Assembly: GCA_002269645.1 (NCBI GenBank)
Contig: NIVC01001632.1
Location: forward strand, 62,001-126,000
Direction of reading: 5' to 3'
DNA: 64,000 nucleotides
DNA from: Macrostomum lignano
Taxonomy: Eukaryota
This document shows positions 25,234 to 36,900 of the stretch, one piece after another. How positions within the stretch are numbered: position 1 is the first letter of the stretch; each line of letters opens with the position of its first letter. Both the position numbers and the translations under genes were made by a program. The notes below the pieces were generated by a model. That model did not search any database and was not told the origin of the DNA. It saw nothing but the letters and a program-made list of their open reading frames with translations.

Positions 25234-26750
25234 CACAGCAATCGGAGTGACACTCTCCAAAATTAACCACACTCACAACACAGCAATCGGAGTGACACTC
25301 TCCAAATGCACCACACTCCGCGACACAGCAATCGGAGTGAACACTCTCCAAATGCACCACACTCACAACACAGCAATCGGAGTGAACACTCTCCAAATGC
25401 ACCACACTCGCGACACAGCAATCGGAGTGACACTCTCCAAATACACCACACTCACGACACAGCAATGGGAGTGACACTCTCCAAATGCACCACACTCGCG
25501 ACACAGCAATCGGAGTGAACACTCTCCAAATGCACCACACTCACGACACAGCAATCGGAGTGAACACTCTCCAAATTCACCACACTCGCGACACAGCAAT
25601 CGGAGTGACACTCTCCAAATACACCACACTCACGACACAGCAATCGGAGTGACACTCTCCAAATACACCACACTCACAACACAGCAATGGGAGTGACACT
25701 CTCCAAATGCACCACACTCGCGACACAGCAATCGGAGTGAACACTCTCCAAATGCACCACACTCACGACACAGCAATCGGAGTGAACACTCTCCAAATTC
25801 ACCACACTCGCGACACAGCAATCGGAGTGACACTCTCCAAATACACCACACTCACGACACAGCAATCGGAGTGACACTCTCCAAATACACCACACTCACG
25901 ACACAGCAATCGGAGTGAACACTCTCCAAATGCACCACACTCGCGACACAGCAATCGAGTGACACTCTCCAAATACACCACACTCACGACACAGCAATCG
26001 GAGTGACACTCTCCAAATGCACCACACTCGCGACACAGCAATCGGAGTGAACACTCTCCAAATGCACCACACTCACAACACAGCAATCGGAGTGAACACT
26101 CTCCAAATGCACCACACTCGCGACACAGCAATCGGAGTGACACTCTCCAAATACACCACACTCACAACACAGCAATGGGAGTGACACTCTCCAAATGCAC
26201 CACACTCGCGACACAGCAATCGGAGTGAACACTCTCCAAATGCACCACACTCACGACACAGCAATCGGTGAACACTCTCCAAATTCACCACACTCGCGAC
26301 ACAGCAATCGGAGTGACACTCTCCAAATTCACCACACTCGCGACACAGCAATCGGAGTGACACTCTCCAAATACACCACACTCACGACACAGCAATCGGA
26401 GTGACACTCTCCAAATACACCATCACAACACAGCAATGGGAGTGACACTCTCCAAATGCACACAGCAATCGGAGTGAACACTCTCCAAATGCACCACACT
26501 CACGACACAGCAATCGGAGTGAACACTCTCCAAATTCACCACACTCGCGACACAGCAATCGGAGTGACACTCTCCAAATACACCACACTCACGACACAGC
26601 AATCGGAGTGACACTCTCCAAATACACCACACTCACGACACAGCAATCGGAGTGAACACTCTCCAAATGCACCACACTCGCGACACAGCAATCGGAGTGA
26701 CACTCCTCCAAATACACCACACTCACGACACAGCAATCGGAGTGACACTC
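25234..26750. repeat. 44/45-bp satellite, block 2
   Basis: Same unit as 15987-17417. Confidence 0.95.
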
Positions 26751-26759
26751 AAAATTCAG

Positions 26760-26819
26760 ACCAAAAACTATCATCAAGAATCGCAGTTTAGTTCTCAAAG
26801 GTCAAAATGTTCTGAATGA
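26760..26819 (+). CDS. Candidate short terminal exon of the EHQGDEDA-repeat gene (TKNYHQESQFSSQRSKCSE*)
   Basis: Acceptor aaaattcag directly after the satellite; phase 0 matches the donor at 25040. Confidence 0.35.
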   Translation, partial: TKNYHQESQFSSQRSKCSE

Positions 26820-27427
26820 AGTTCCGAGCGTCCCACTGACGCACCACACCCCTCCCCTGAACCAGACGGCTCCCCTCGTCCTCGGTCCAAGTCAGGAGCT
26901 GACCAGCCAATTCTACAGCAGCAACAATAAGGTCGGTCAGCAAGTTGGAGTTAAGCGGGTAACTACAGCGGCTTCAGTGAACGGTCGCTACCCATTCAGC
27001 CGGATTATCTACCCTAATCTGATTGGCCAGAGCGTCGGACAGCCAATCAGGATGGCGCAGCGGCAGCAGCGAAGCCTCACAATGCACAGCAGCGAGGGGA
27101 CATTCGTTCTGAGGCACAAGCTGCGCCAGAGCGCTGGCTGCCTAGCGCGAATCATGGACAGCTCAAGCACTGGAGAGGCGGCCGTGAGACGGGCGATCTC
27201 GCGAGCAAGTAAATACTAACCTCAGACGGTTAACGCAATAAACAGTCGTGTTGATATTGTCACATCGATATACCTCTATTGATATTAAATTATATAACCA
27301 TTTTTGCGGATAAAGTCTTGCAACGCATTTTTATTTAAAACAACCTCAAATAGCAGCCAAATATGCAACTCAGAGTTTTCAGGACGCGATTTCACAACCA
27401 AAACTATCAAAAAAGCAGTACAAGAAT

Positions 27428-27620
27428 GGGAGCCGTAGCCCAGTGGTCCAGCGCGGCGCTCTGATGTGCCAGCGGCCCAGGCTCGATTCCAAGTGCAGTC
27501 ACATTAATTTGGGGCTAAATTGAATCTTAGCTTGGCTCTGCTCGTGCAATTAACGCCCTTGAGGACCAACCCGCCAGGCATAGTGAAGTGTACATGCCTA
27601 GCGATAAATAAAGTTGGGAC
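27428..27620 (+). mobile_element. tRNA-derived SINE, family A, 3'-truncated or diverged copy
   Basis: Clear alignment to 3291-3490 (gccgtagcccagtgg...ggctcgattccaagtgcagtcacattaatttggggct...gaagtgtacatgcct). Confidence 0.75.
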
Positions 27621-27832
27621 TCGTATTGGGCCTTCCAGTATCCAGTAGAAGAGAGGTCTCTAAGCTGCTGTTGAAACTACAATTCCAGCATTGAGTTGCG
27701 ATCGAGGGGTGGCGGGAAAATTCTCACAAATCTGCAGTATTGCGATGGTTTTTTCAAGCATTACCTTTGAATGGCATGACCAAAACATGCTAGATTTAAT
27801 TTGTTAAAAAGAAGAAGGGTTGTAGCCAAGTT

Positions 27833-28035
27833 GGGTGTTGTAGCCTGGTGGTTAGAGCCTCGGACTCACGACTTGAAGGTCTGGGGTTCGATTCATCCCA
27901 CTGCAACAATTTAAGTCCTTGAGCAGGACACTTAACTCTGCATTGCTTCAGTTCACCCAGCTGTAAAATAGGTTCCAGCATTAGCTGGGGTAATTAAGGC
28001 TGTGTGACGACCCCCCAGTCCTTGGACTGAACAGC
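27833..28035 (+). mobile_element. tRNA-derived SINE, family B, with CORE/Meta-like central domain
   Basis: A-box TAGCCTGGTGG, B-box GTTCGATTCA, then tccttgagcaggacacttaactctgcattgcttcagttcacccagctgtaaaat, resembling the conserved central domains of CORE/Meta SINEs. Second copy at 47080-47282 (-). Confidence 0.75.
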
Positions 28036-28284
28036 CGTACGCAGCCTTCAGATGCGCCGCGCAATAAAAAGCTGCGACTGAGCTGTCGGTTGCACATCTG
28101 GCCATTGGGGCAGGTGTAATCAATTCAATTCTGGTGTGTCAGAGCTTTCCGGACACCCCTCGTAAAAGAAGAGTGAAACACTCGCCACTGGTCGCGTCAC
28201 AAAACTCTATAAGACACTTTGAAAATTCAGTTACTGCAACATTGCAAAATGCACACCAGCTCGCATTACTTCGATAAAACTTAG

Positions 28285-31200
28285 TCACTTAACAACGCCG
28301 TACATGACCCAGTAAACTACATTGAATATTATAAAACTGAGTGGAAAAAGTCTGCGCGAAATTTTATCAATCTTTCGAGCCGTATTGTTGATCTGCTGCG
28401 ATGGGAACAGCTCGTTGCCAGGCGACAAACAGACTGACGGCTAAAAAACGGAGCGTTAATACGTTTGATTCGATTTGCATTGTATATTTTAAAGTGCATC
28501 CTACAAAGCTCTATTCGAACTCACGCTGCCTTCTTGGTCAGTCGGTCCACCAGACTCAATCAGCGTTGCCGATGTGGAAGTGAAGGAACGCCGCGGCACC
28601 GAGCCACTGCGCGTTCGAGTAGACGCCTTCTTTGGCCCGATGTCTCGCCGACTGTAAACATTGACCACGGCGAATTCCAGCAGCGATGCGAACACAAACA
28701 CCAGACAGACACTCATCCAGACGTCAATAGCTTTGATGTAGGACACCCGGGGCAGCGACTGCCCGGCTCCGGAGGATTGCGTTGTCATGGTGAGCACTTC
28801 GGTTTGAATCGGTTTCATGTGGGTGTTTAATTGATTTTTTTATAAATATATACTCAATAATACTGTTTAAAAAAAATCACTATAATTTTGTCCCTGACGT
28901 GTAGAATGAGCTTCAAATCATACACAGGTTCGGAGTGAGGTGGGTGCGGAGTGAGGTGGGTGCAGAGTGGGGTGAGTGCAGAGTGAGGTGGGTGCGGAGT
29001 GAGGTGGGTGCAGAGAGAGGTGGGTGCGGGGTTAAGTGACTGCGGCGTGGAGGTGGATGCGGAGTGAAGTGGGTGCGCGTGAAGTGGGTGCGGGGGAAGT
29101 GGGTGCAGAGAGAGATGGGTGCGGGGTTAAGTGACTGCGGCGTGGAGGTGGATGCGGAGTGAAGTGGGTGCGGGTGAAGTGGGTGCGGAGTTAAGTAGGC
29201 AGTGAGTTTGGTGGTAATTGAGGTGCTTCTAATTGCGAGTAGCTGTAGAGAATGATTAAGTATTACTGAGCCACTAGCAATGTAACCAGACCATACCTGT
29301 CAGAAGACCCAAACTGACTCTTGCCGGAATGGCTTCTGTGTTAATCCAGAAAGCCACCCAGCTGAGAATGACGATCAGAACCGTGGGAATGTACACCTGG
29401 CGGCAAGAGACGGTGACTCATTATTATTGAACGCATTATTACTAGAGCGCTATGTAAAATTTTTTACCTGAATGATAAAGTATCCAATATCTCTCTGCAG
29501 AATGAAATCCACCTGCAGACAGGGATAACTTCCCGTAGTATAGTTCTTTGAGCATTCTTTAGTCGGATAGCCTTTCAGAATAAACTGGGGCATGCTCAGA
29601 TCATCAGTGGCCTCGACCGATTTGTTTGGCAGCCACTTGAATACCACTGTGTGCATTGTGTGGCCGACTGGAGGATAAATATTGAAAGGTGACAGCGCGT
29701 TAGAAAGCCTTATGCAATAAAAAATGCAACTATACATGCAGTTCAGTGAATATCAGCTCACAACTCTCCAGCATCATTGGACATATTTGAGTGTCCAGCG
29801 GGTATTTCTGTAGCTGCATCATGCAGGATAGAGTAGCGGAGATCCTGTCCGGTGGAGGTTAGGAGAGAGTGAAAATTTAATTGAATTTGAATGCTAATTT
29901 GGACCGGCAGTTTATAAATTGGAGTCATTTATTCACTAGATAATTTAGCCATAAATAGAGGCCGACTAGGATACGCGGAAGTGAGGAGGGGGATCCGGAG
30001 TGAGGTGGGTGTGAGTGAAGTACATGTAGGTGTGGATGGGGTGGGTGTGAGTGAAATAGGTGCGGAATGAGGTGGGTGAGAGTGAGGTGGGTAAGAGTGA
30101 GGTGGGTGTAAGTGAGGTGGTTGAGAGTGAGTTGGGTGAGAGTGAGGTGGGTGTGAGTGAGGTGGGTGTGAGTGAGGTGGGTGTGAGTGAGGTGGGTGTG
30201 AGTGAGGTGGGTGTGGGTGAGGTGGGTGTGAGTGAGGTGGGTGTGAGTGAGGTGGGTGTGAGTGAGGTGGGTGTGAGTGAGGTGGGTGTGAGTGAGGTGG
30301 GTGTGAGTGAGGTGGGTGTGAGTGAGGTGGGTGTGAGTGAGGTGGGTGTGAGTGAGGTGGGTGTGAGTGAGGTGGGTGTGAGTGAGGTGGGTGTGAGTGA
30401 GGTGGGTGTGAGTGAGGTGGGTGTGAGTGAGGTGGGTGTGAGTGAGGTGGGTGTGAGTGAGGTGGGTGTGAGTGAGGTGGGTGTGAGTGAGGTGGGTGTG
30501 AGTGAGGTGGGTGTGAGTGAGGTGGGTGTGAGTGAGGTGGGTGTGAGTGAGGTGGGTGTGAGTGAGGTGGGTGTGAGTGAGGTGGGTGTGAGTGAGGTGG
30601 GTGTGAGTGAGGTGGGTTGGAGTGATTTTCACTATCTGGTGATTGGATGAGGTCATTAGCACTTGGATGAGTACAAACAGCTCCGATAGTGTACAATGGT
30701 GGACACCACATTGCTCAGTCGCCAACTTACTTCATGACGTACCACAGCTTCCCATCGGGATAAAGGTTGATGAAGCGATTCGGGATGGTGACGTGGTGAA
30801 AGTCAGCCTTTTTCTCGTTTCTGTAAATAAGTGTGCAAAAGCGCCTTCAACTTCAACTCAGTTTGGATTTCGGGGAAACTCTGAAGTTTCTAGAATACCG
30901 AAAGAAGACATCCGGGACCCAGAGTTTCTCCCAGATCTTGTCCTCCAGTTTGACGCAGTCCTTGGTGTCCAGACCTTCGCTTCTATTGAACCTGAGTCTC
31001 GGATCGTACCACTGCTGTCTGAGGTAGATGTTCACGGAGTAGTCCTGAAAAATTTTGTTCAGTAAGATGAGGTAGCGTTTTTGGGAGCTGGTTAGTTTAA
31101 TATAGCAAGACAACAAGTACATCACCATGGTTTGTTCGCTTATTGAATAAAAGCTGTTGATGTAAATCCCCAAGTGTACTGTTGTTGGCTTGTCTGCAGT

Positions 31201-31336
31201 GAATACAGAATGTCCAGTGTTTGCGTGGACAATCATTTATGCGTTTTCATGATTCAAAGATGGTTATTTTAACCTACCTCCGTGAGGACTATTTTGCCTT
31301 GTGTAATTTATTAGCAAACGATCGATGATGTTCTTC
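28285..31336 (-). CDS. Cys-loop ligand-gated chloride channel subunit, GluCl/glycine-receptor-like (lophotrochozoan GluCl type); 9 exons
   Basis: Exons 31336-31278, 31193-31126, 31044-30899, 30820-30731, 29844-29762, 29667-29468, 29396-29297, 28796-28525, 28440-28285; all GT-AG with compatible phases. Motifs: YLRQQW (loop D), [11 protein letters not shown] (loop A), Cys-loop [15 protein letters not shown], loop [14 protein letters not shown]1 [17 protein letters not shown], anion-selective PAR before M2, M3 [10 protein letters not shown]4 [21 protein letters not shown], then TGA. Confidence 0.93.
28929..29198. repeat. Intronic ~16-bp G-rich minisatellite (gagtgaggtgggtgcg), degenerate
   Basis: Direct reading; lies within channel intron 28797-29296. 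Confidence 0.9.
29996..30618. repeat. Intronic 15-bp minisatellite (gagtgaggtgggtgt)n, ~40 copies
   Basis: Direct reading; lies within channel intron 29845-30730. Confidence 0.97.
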
Positions 31337-31424
31337 CTGAAATCAGGAGATTAACACGTGGAGTCACGATACTTCTGCAAGTTTGATGGCAAAATTATTT
31401 TCCCACTAGTAGGATGTGAGGCTT

Positions 31425-33117
31425 AGCTCTATTCGTGCTTCTCTTCCCCTCCGACATCTGACAGCGAGTGACCAATGCCGCTCAGCCTTATCTCCACCCT
31501 TGCTTCTCTCCCCCCCCCCGATATCTGACTGCGAGTGACCAATGCCGCTCAGCCTTATCTCCACCCTTGCTTCTCTCCCCCCCCCCGATATCTGACTGCG
31601 AGTGACCAATGCCGCTCAGCCTTATATCCACCCTCGCTTCTCCCCCCCCCCGATATCTGACTGCGAGTGACCAATACCGCTCAGCCTTATATCCACCCTT
31701 GCTTCTTCCACCCCCCCCCCGATATCTGACTGCGAGTGATCAATGCCGCTCAGCCTTATCTCCCTTCTCTCCCCCCCCCCCCGATATCTGACTGCGAGTG
31801 ACCAATGCCGCTCAGCCTTATCTCCCTTCTCTCCCCCCCCCGATATCTGACTGCGAGTGACCAATGCCGCTCAGCCTTATCTCCACCCTTGCTTCTTCCC
31901 CTCCCCCGATATCTGACTGCGAGTGACCAATGCCGCTCAGCCTTATCTCCACCCTTGCTTCTTCCCCTCCCCCCGATATCTGACTGCGAGTGATCAATGC
32001 CGCTCAGCCTTATATCCACCCTTGCTTCTCTCCCCCCCCCCGATATCTGACTGCGAGTGACCAATGCCGCTCAGCCTTATCTCCACCCTTGCTTCTTCCA
32101 CCCCCCCCCGATATCTGACTGCGAGTGACCAATGCCGCTCAGCCTTATCTCCACCCTTGCTTCTCTCCCCCCCCCGATATCTGACTGCGAGTGATCAATG
32201 CCGCTCAGCCTTATCTCCACCCTTGCTTCTTCCCCTCCCCCCGATATCTGACTGCGAGTGACCAATGCCGCTCAGCCTTATCTCCACCCTTGCTTCTCTC
32301 CCCCCCCCGATATCTGACTGCGAGTGACCAATGCCGCTCAGCCTTATCTCCACCCTTGCTTCTTCCACCCCCCCCCCCGATATCTGACTGCGAGTGACCA
32401 ATGCCGCTCAGCCTTATCTCCACCCTTGCTTCTTCCCCTCCCCCCCGATATCTGACTGCGAGTGACCAATGCCGCTCAGCCTTATCTCCACCCTTGCTTC
32501 TCTCCCCCCCCGATATCTGACTGCGAGTGACCAATGCCGCTCAGCCTTATCTCCCTTCTCTCCCCCCCCGATATCTGACTGCGAGTGACCAATGCCGCTC
32601 AGCCTTATATCCACCCTTGCTTCTCTCCCCCCCCGATATCTGACTGCGAGTGACCAATGCCGCTCAGCCTTATCTCCACTCTTGCTTCTTCCCCCCCCCC
32701 GATATCTGACTGCGAGTGACCAATGCCGCTCAGCCTTATATCCACCCTTGCTTCTCTCCCCCCCCGATATCTGACTGCGAGTGACCAATGCCGCTCAGCC
32801 TTATCTCCACTCTTGCTTCTTCCCCCCCCCGATATCTGACTGCGAGTGACCAATGCCGCTCAGCCTTATCTCCACTCTTGCTTCTTCCCCCCCCGATATC
32901 TGACTGCGAGTGACCAATGCCGCTCAGCCTTATCTCCCTTCTCTCCCCCCCCCGATATCTGACTGCGAGTGACCAATGCCGCTCAGCCTTATCTCCCTTC
33001 TCTCCCCCCCCGATATCTGACTGCGAGTGACCAATGCCGCTCAGCCTTATCTCCACCCTTGCTTCTTCCCCCCCCCCCGATATCTGACTGCGAGTGACCA
33101 ATGCCACTCAGCCTTAG
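31425..33117. repeat. ~60-68-bp minisatellite with constant core ccgatatctgactgcgagtgaccaatgccgctcagccttat and variable CT/C-run linker
   Basis: About 26 units; lies in the intron between 33750 and 31336 of the channel gene. Confidence 0.95.
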
Positions 33118-33749
33118 CGCTACTCCGCAGATTAAAAATAAACATATGATACAAGGCATTCTCAAATCGAGCAGTTACTAAGCCAAGCAACAAAAATAAC
33201 AGCTACTTTCATGCTTTATGCTACATATATCGTAAGCAGATGCGCTTTGCTACCAGTTCTTATTCTAGCAACTAATGGCAGGCTACTAGTAAGAGAATAA
33301 AGTACTGACGTCAGTAACGTATTAGTCAAAACAAAAAATAAAAAATGGTTCGTTTTGTACGACTTTTATAAATCAAAACAATCTACTGATATTATGGTTC
33401 GAACAATAAGCTTTCTTTGGTTCTAGTCATCTATCGATGACCACATCGCCTACTTGCAGTAGTTAGTAGCGAGTTAAAAACGAGTTCGTAAAATCATGGA
33501 TCCTCATTAGAAATGACCGTTGTATGAGAACAGGATTTAAATATTCGCGCTCTTGCAGAATGTGTGTCATCAAATAGGGTTTTACCATAGAAGTTTTTGA
33601 CACTGGAAAATCAACTTCTAAGCGAAAATCTGGCCTTTCAAATGATTTGTCCATAATGTAGAGCGCCAGTATTGCATCCTGATACAACCGTAACTCTAAC
33701 AAATCAATGAAACGCTAAACAATCGCGCCGATAATCTTGACGAACTTAC

Positions 33750-33871
33750 ATTCTCAGCGACTGCTTCCGAGCAGCAGCCAAATGGTCGGTGTGGTTGTGC
33801 TCAAGAAATGGCAGACTGCGAATATTGTTTGCAGTGAGAAATAAAAGAAAAATAGAAGAGTGTCAATGCAT
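33750..33871 (-). CDS. Candidate first (signal-peptide) exon of the Cys-loop channel, interrupted by an in-frame TGA at codon 3
   Basis: ATG CAT TGA CAC...(MH*HSSIFLLFLTANNIRSLPFLEHNHTDHLAAARKQSLR) ends in AT|GTAAGT. Phase 2 joins exon 31336 to give [11 protein letters not shown]. An internal acceptor (cgcag) is an alternative exon start. Confidence 0.5.
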
Positions 33872-33980
33872 TTTGCTTTTTCTGAAAGCGTTAAAAAATT
33901 CCAACAGACTCTTTCGTTTGCATGATATCCGTTGTCTTTTATAAATTATCTTCTACATTTTCGACTAGATAGATTATGCC

Positions 33981-36900
33981 TTGTGGAACTGTTGGGTGGA
34001 ATAAACATCGGAATAGAAGGGGTCAGGACCATAGACAAAGCTCCTTTGTGAAACTGTTGGGTGGAATAAACATCGGAATAGAAGGGGTCAGGACCATAGA
34101 CAAAGCTCCTTTGTGGAACTGTTGGGTGGAATAAACATCGGAATAGAAGGGGTCAGGACCATAGACAAAGCTCCTTTGTGAAACTGTTGGGTGGAATAAA
34201 CATCGGAATAGAAGGGGTCAGGACCATAGACAAAGCTCCTTTGTGGAACTGTTAGGTGGAATAAACATCGGAATAGAAGGGGCCAGGACCATAGACAAAG
34301 CTCCTTTGTGAAACTGTTGGGTGGAATAAACATCGGAATAGAAGGGGTCAGGACCATAGACAAAGCTCCTTTGTGGAACTGTTGGGTGGAATAAACATCG
34401 GAATAGAAGGGGTCAGGACCATAGACAAAGCTCCTTTGTGAAACTGTTGGGTGGAATAAACATCGGAATAGAAGGGGTCAGGACCATAGACAAAGCTCCT
34501 TTGTGGAACTGTTGGTGGAATAAACATCGGAATAGAAGGGGCCAGGACCATAGACAAAGCTCCTTTGTGGAACTGTTTGGTGGAATAAACATCGGAATAG
34601 AAGGGGTCAGGACCATAGACAAAGCTCCTTTGTGGAACTGTTTGGTGGAATAAACATCGGAATAGAAGGGGCCAGGACCATAGACAAAGCTCCTTTGTGG
34701 AACTGTTGGGTGGAATAAACATCGGAATAGAAGGGGTCAGGACCATAGACAAAGCTCCTTTGTGGAACTGTTGGGTGGAATAAACATCGGAATAGAAGGG
34801 GTCAGGACCATAGACAAAGCTCCTTTGTGGAACTGTTGGGTGGAATAAACATCGGAATAGAAGGGGTCAGGACCATAGACAAAGCTCCTTTGTGGAACTG
34901 TTTGGTGGAATAAACATCGGAATAGAAGGGGTCAGGACCATAGACAAAGCTCCTTTGTGGAACTGTTGGGTGGAATAAACATCGGAATAGAAGGGGTCAG
35001 GACCATAGACAAAGCTCCTTTGTGGAACTATTTGGTGGAATAAACATCGGAATAGAAGGGGTCAGGACCATAGACAAAGCTCCTTTGTGGAACTGTTGGG
35101 TGGAATAAACATCGGAATAGAAGGGGTCAGGACCATAGACAAAGCTCCTTTGTGGAACTGTTGGGTGGAATAAACATCGGAATAGAAGGGGTCAGGACCA
35201 TAGACAAAGCTCCTTTGTGGAACTGTTGGGTGGAATAAACATCGGAATAGAAGGGGTCAGGACCATAGACAAAGCTCCTTTGTGGAACTGTTGGGTGGAA
35301 TAAACATCGGAATAGAAGGGGTCAGGACCATAGACAAAGCTCCTTTGTGGAACTGTTGGGTGGAATAAACATCGGAATAGAAGGGGTCAGGACCATAGAC
35401 AAAGCTCCTTTGTGAACTGTTGGGTGGAATAAACATCGGAATAGAAGGGGTCAGGACCATAGACAAAGCTCCTTTGTGGAACTGTTGGGTGGAATAAACA
35501 TCGGAATAGAAGGGGTCAGGACCATAGACAAAGCTCCTTTGTGGAACTGTTTGGTGGAATAAACATCGGAATAGAAGGGGTCAGGACCATAGACAAAGCT
35601 CCTTTGTGGAACTGTTGGGTGGAATAAACATCGGAATAGAAGGGGTCAGGACCATAGACAAAGCTCCTTTGTGGAACTGTTGGGTGGAATAAACATCGGA
35701 ATAGAAGGGGTCAGGACCATAGACAAAGCTCCTTTGTGGAACTGTTGGGTGGAATAAACATCGGAATAGAAGGGGTCAGGACCATAGACAAAGCTCCTTT
35801 GTGGAACTGTTTGGTGGAATAAACATCGGAATAGAAGGGGTCAGGACCATAGACAAAGCTCCTTTGTGGAACTGTTGGGTGGAATAAACATCGGAATAGA
35901 AGGGGTCAGGACCATAGACAAAGCTCCTTTGTGGAACTGTTTGGTGGAATAAACATCGGAATAGAAGGGGTCAGGACCATAGACAAAGCTCCTTTGTGGA
36001 ACTGTTGGGTGGAATAAACATCGGAATAGAAGGGGTCAGGACCATAGACAAAGCTCCTTTGTGGAACTGTTGGGTGGAATAAACATCGGAATAGAAGGGG
36101 TCAGGACCATAGACAAAGCTCCTTTGTGGAACTGTTGGGTGGAATAAACATCGGAATAGAAGGGGTCAGGACCATAGACAAAGCTCCTTTGTGGAACTGT
36201 TGGGTGGAATAAACATCGGAATAGAAGGGGTCAGGACCATAGACAAAGCTCCTTTGTGGAACTGTTGGTGGAATAAACATCGGAATAGAAGGGGTCAGGA
36301 CCATAGACAAAGCTCCTTTGTGGAACTGTTGGGTGGAATAAACATCGGAATAGAAGGGGTCAGGACCATAGACAAAGCTCCTTTGTGGAACTGTTGGGTG
36401 GAATAAACATCGGAATAGAAGGGGTCAGGACCATAGACAAAGCTCCTTTGTGGAACTGTTGGGTGGAATAAACATCGGAATAGAAGGGGTCAGGACCATA
36501 GACAAAGCTCCTTTGTGGAACTGTTGGGTGGAATAAACATCGGAATAGAAGGGGTCAGGACCATAGACAAAGCTCCTTTGTGGAACTGTTGGGTGGAATA
36601 AACATCGAATAGAAGGGGTCAGGACCATAGACAAAGCTCCTTTGTGGAACTGTTGGGTGGAATAAACATCGGAATAGAAGGGGTCAGGACCATAGACAAA
36701 GCTCCTTTGTGGAACTGTTGGTGGAATAAACATCGGAATAGAAGGGGTCAGGACCATAGACAAAGCTCCTTTGTGGAACTGTTGGGTGGAATAAACATCG
36801 GAATAGAAGGGGTCAGGACCATAGACAAAGCTCCTTTGTGGAACTGTTGGGTGGAATAAACATCGGAATAGAAGGGGTCAGGACCATAGACAAAGCTCCT

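Larger units (their letters stand above)
17424..26750. repeat. Tandem segmental duplication, copy 2 (~9.33 kb)
   Basis: Near-identical to 8198-17423; ends in the second 44/45-bp satellite block. Confidence 0.95.

Noticed and set aside
14882-27017. Ciliate-type TAA=Gln genetic code to explain in-frame stops
   Set aside because: One interrupting codon is TGA, the long exons show no TAA/TAG used as sense codons, and a neighbouring gene ends in TAG as expected under the standard code.
26761-27219. Stop-free 150-codon frame as the real terminal exon
   Set aside because: It needs a phase-2 donor that I could not find, and its openness is explained by the scarcity of hydrophobic (NTN) codons in the phase-0 frame. 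Not fully excluded.
27833-27910. Possible tRNA genes (also 3291-3365, 27428-27500, 47210-47282)
   Set aside because: A and B boxes are present but the anticodon and acceptor stems do not pair, and each continues into a shared SINE body.
29925-30725. THL/SHPP/SEVGV repeat ORFs
   Set aside because: Intronic 15-bp minisatellite; the flanking channel exons splice across it in phase.
31425-33117. CRISPR-like look: constant ~42-bp core with variable linkers
   Set aside because: The linkers are all related CT/C-run variants of one sequence, not unique spacers; eukaryotic intron, no cas genes.
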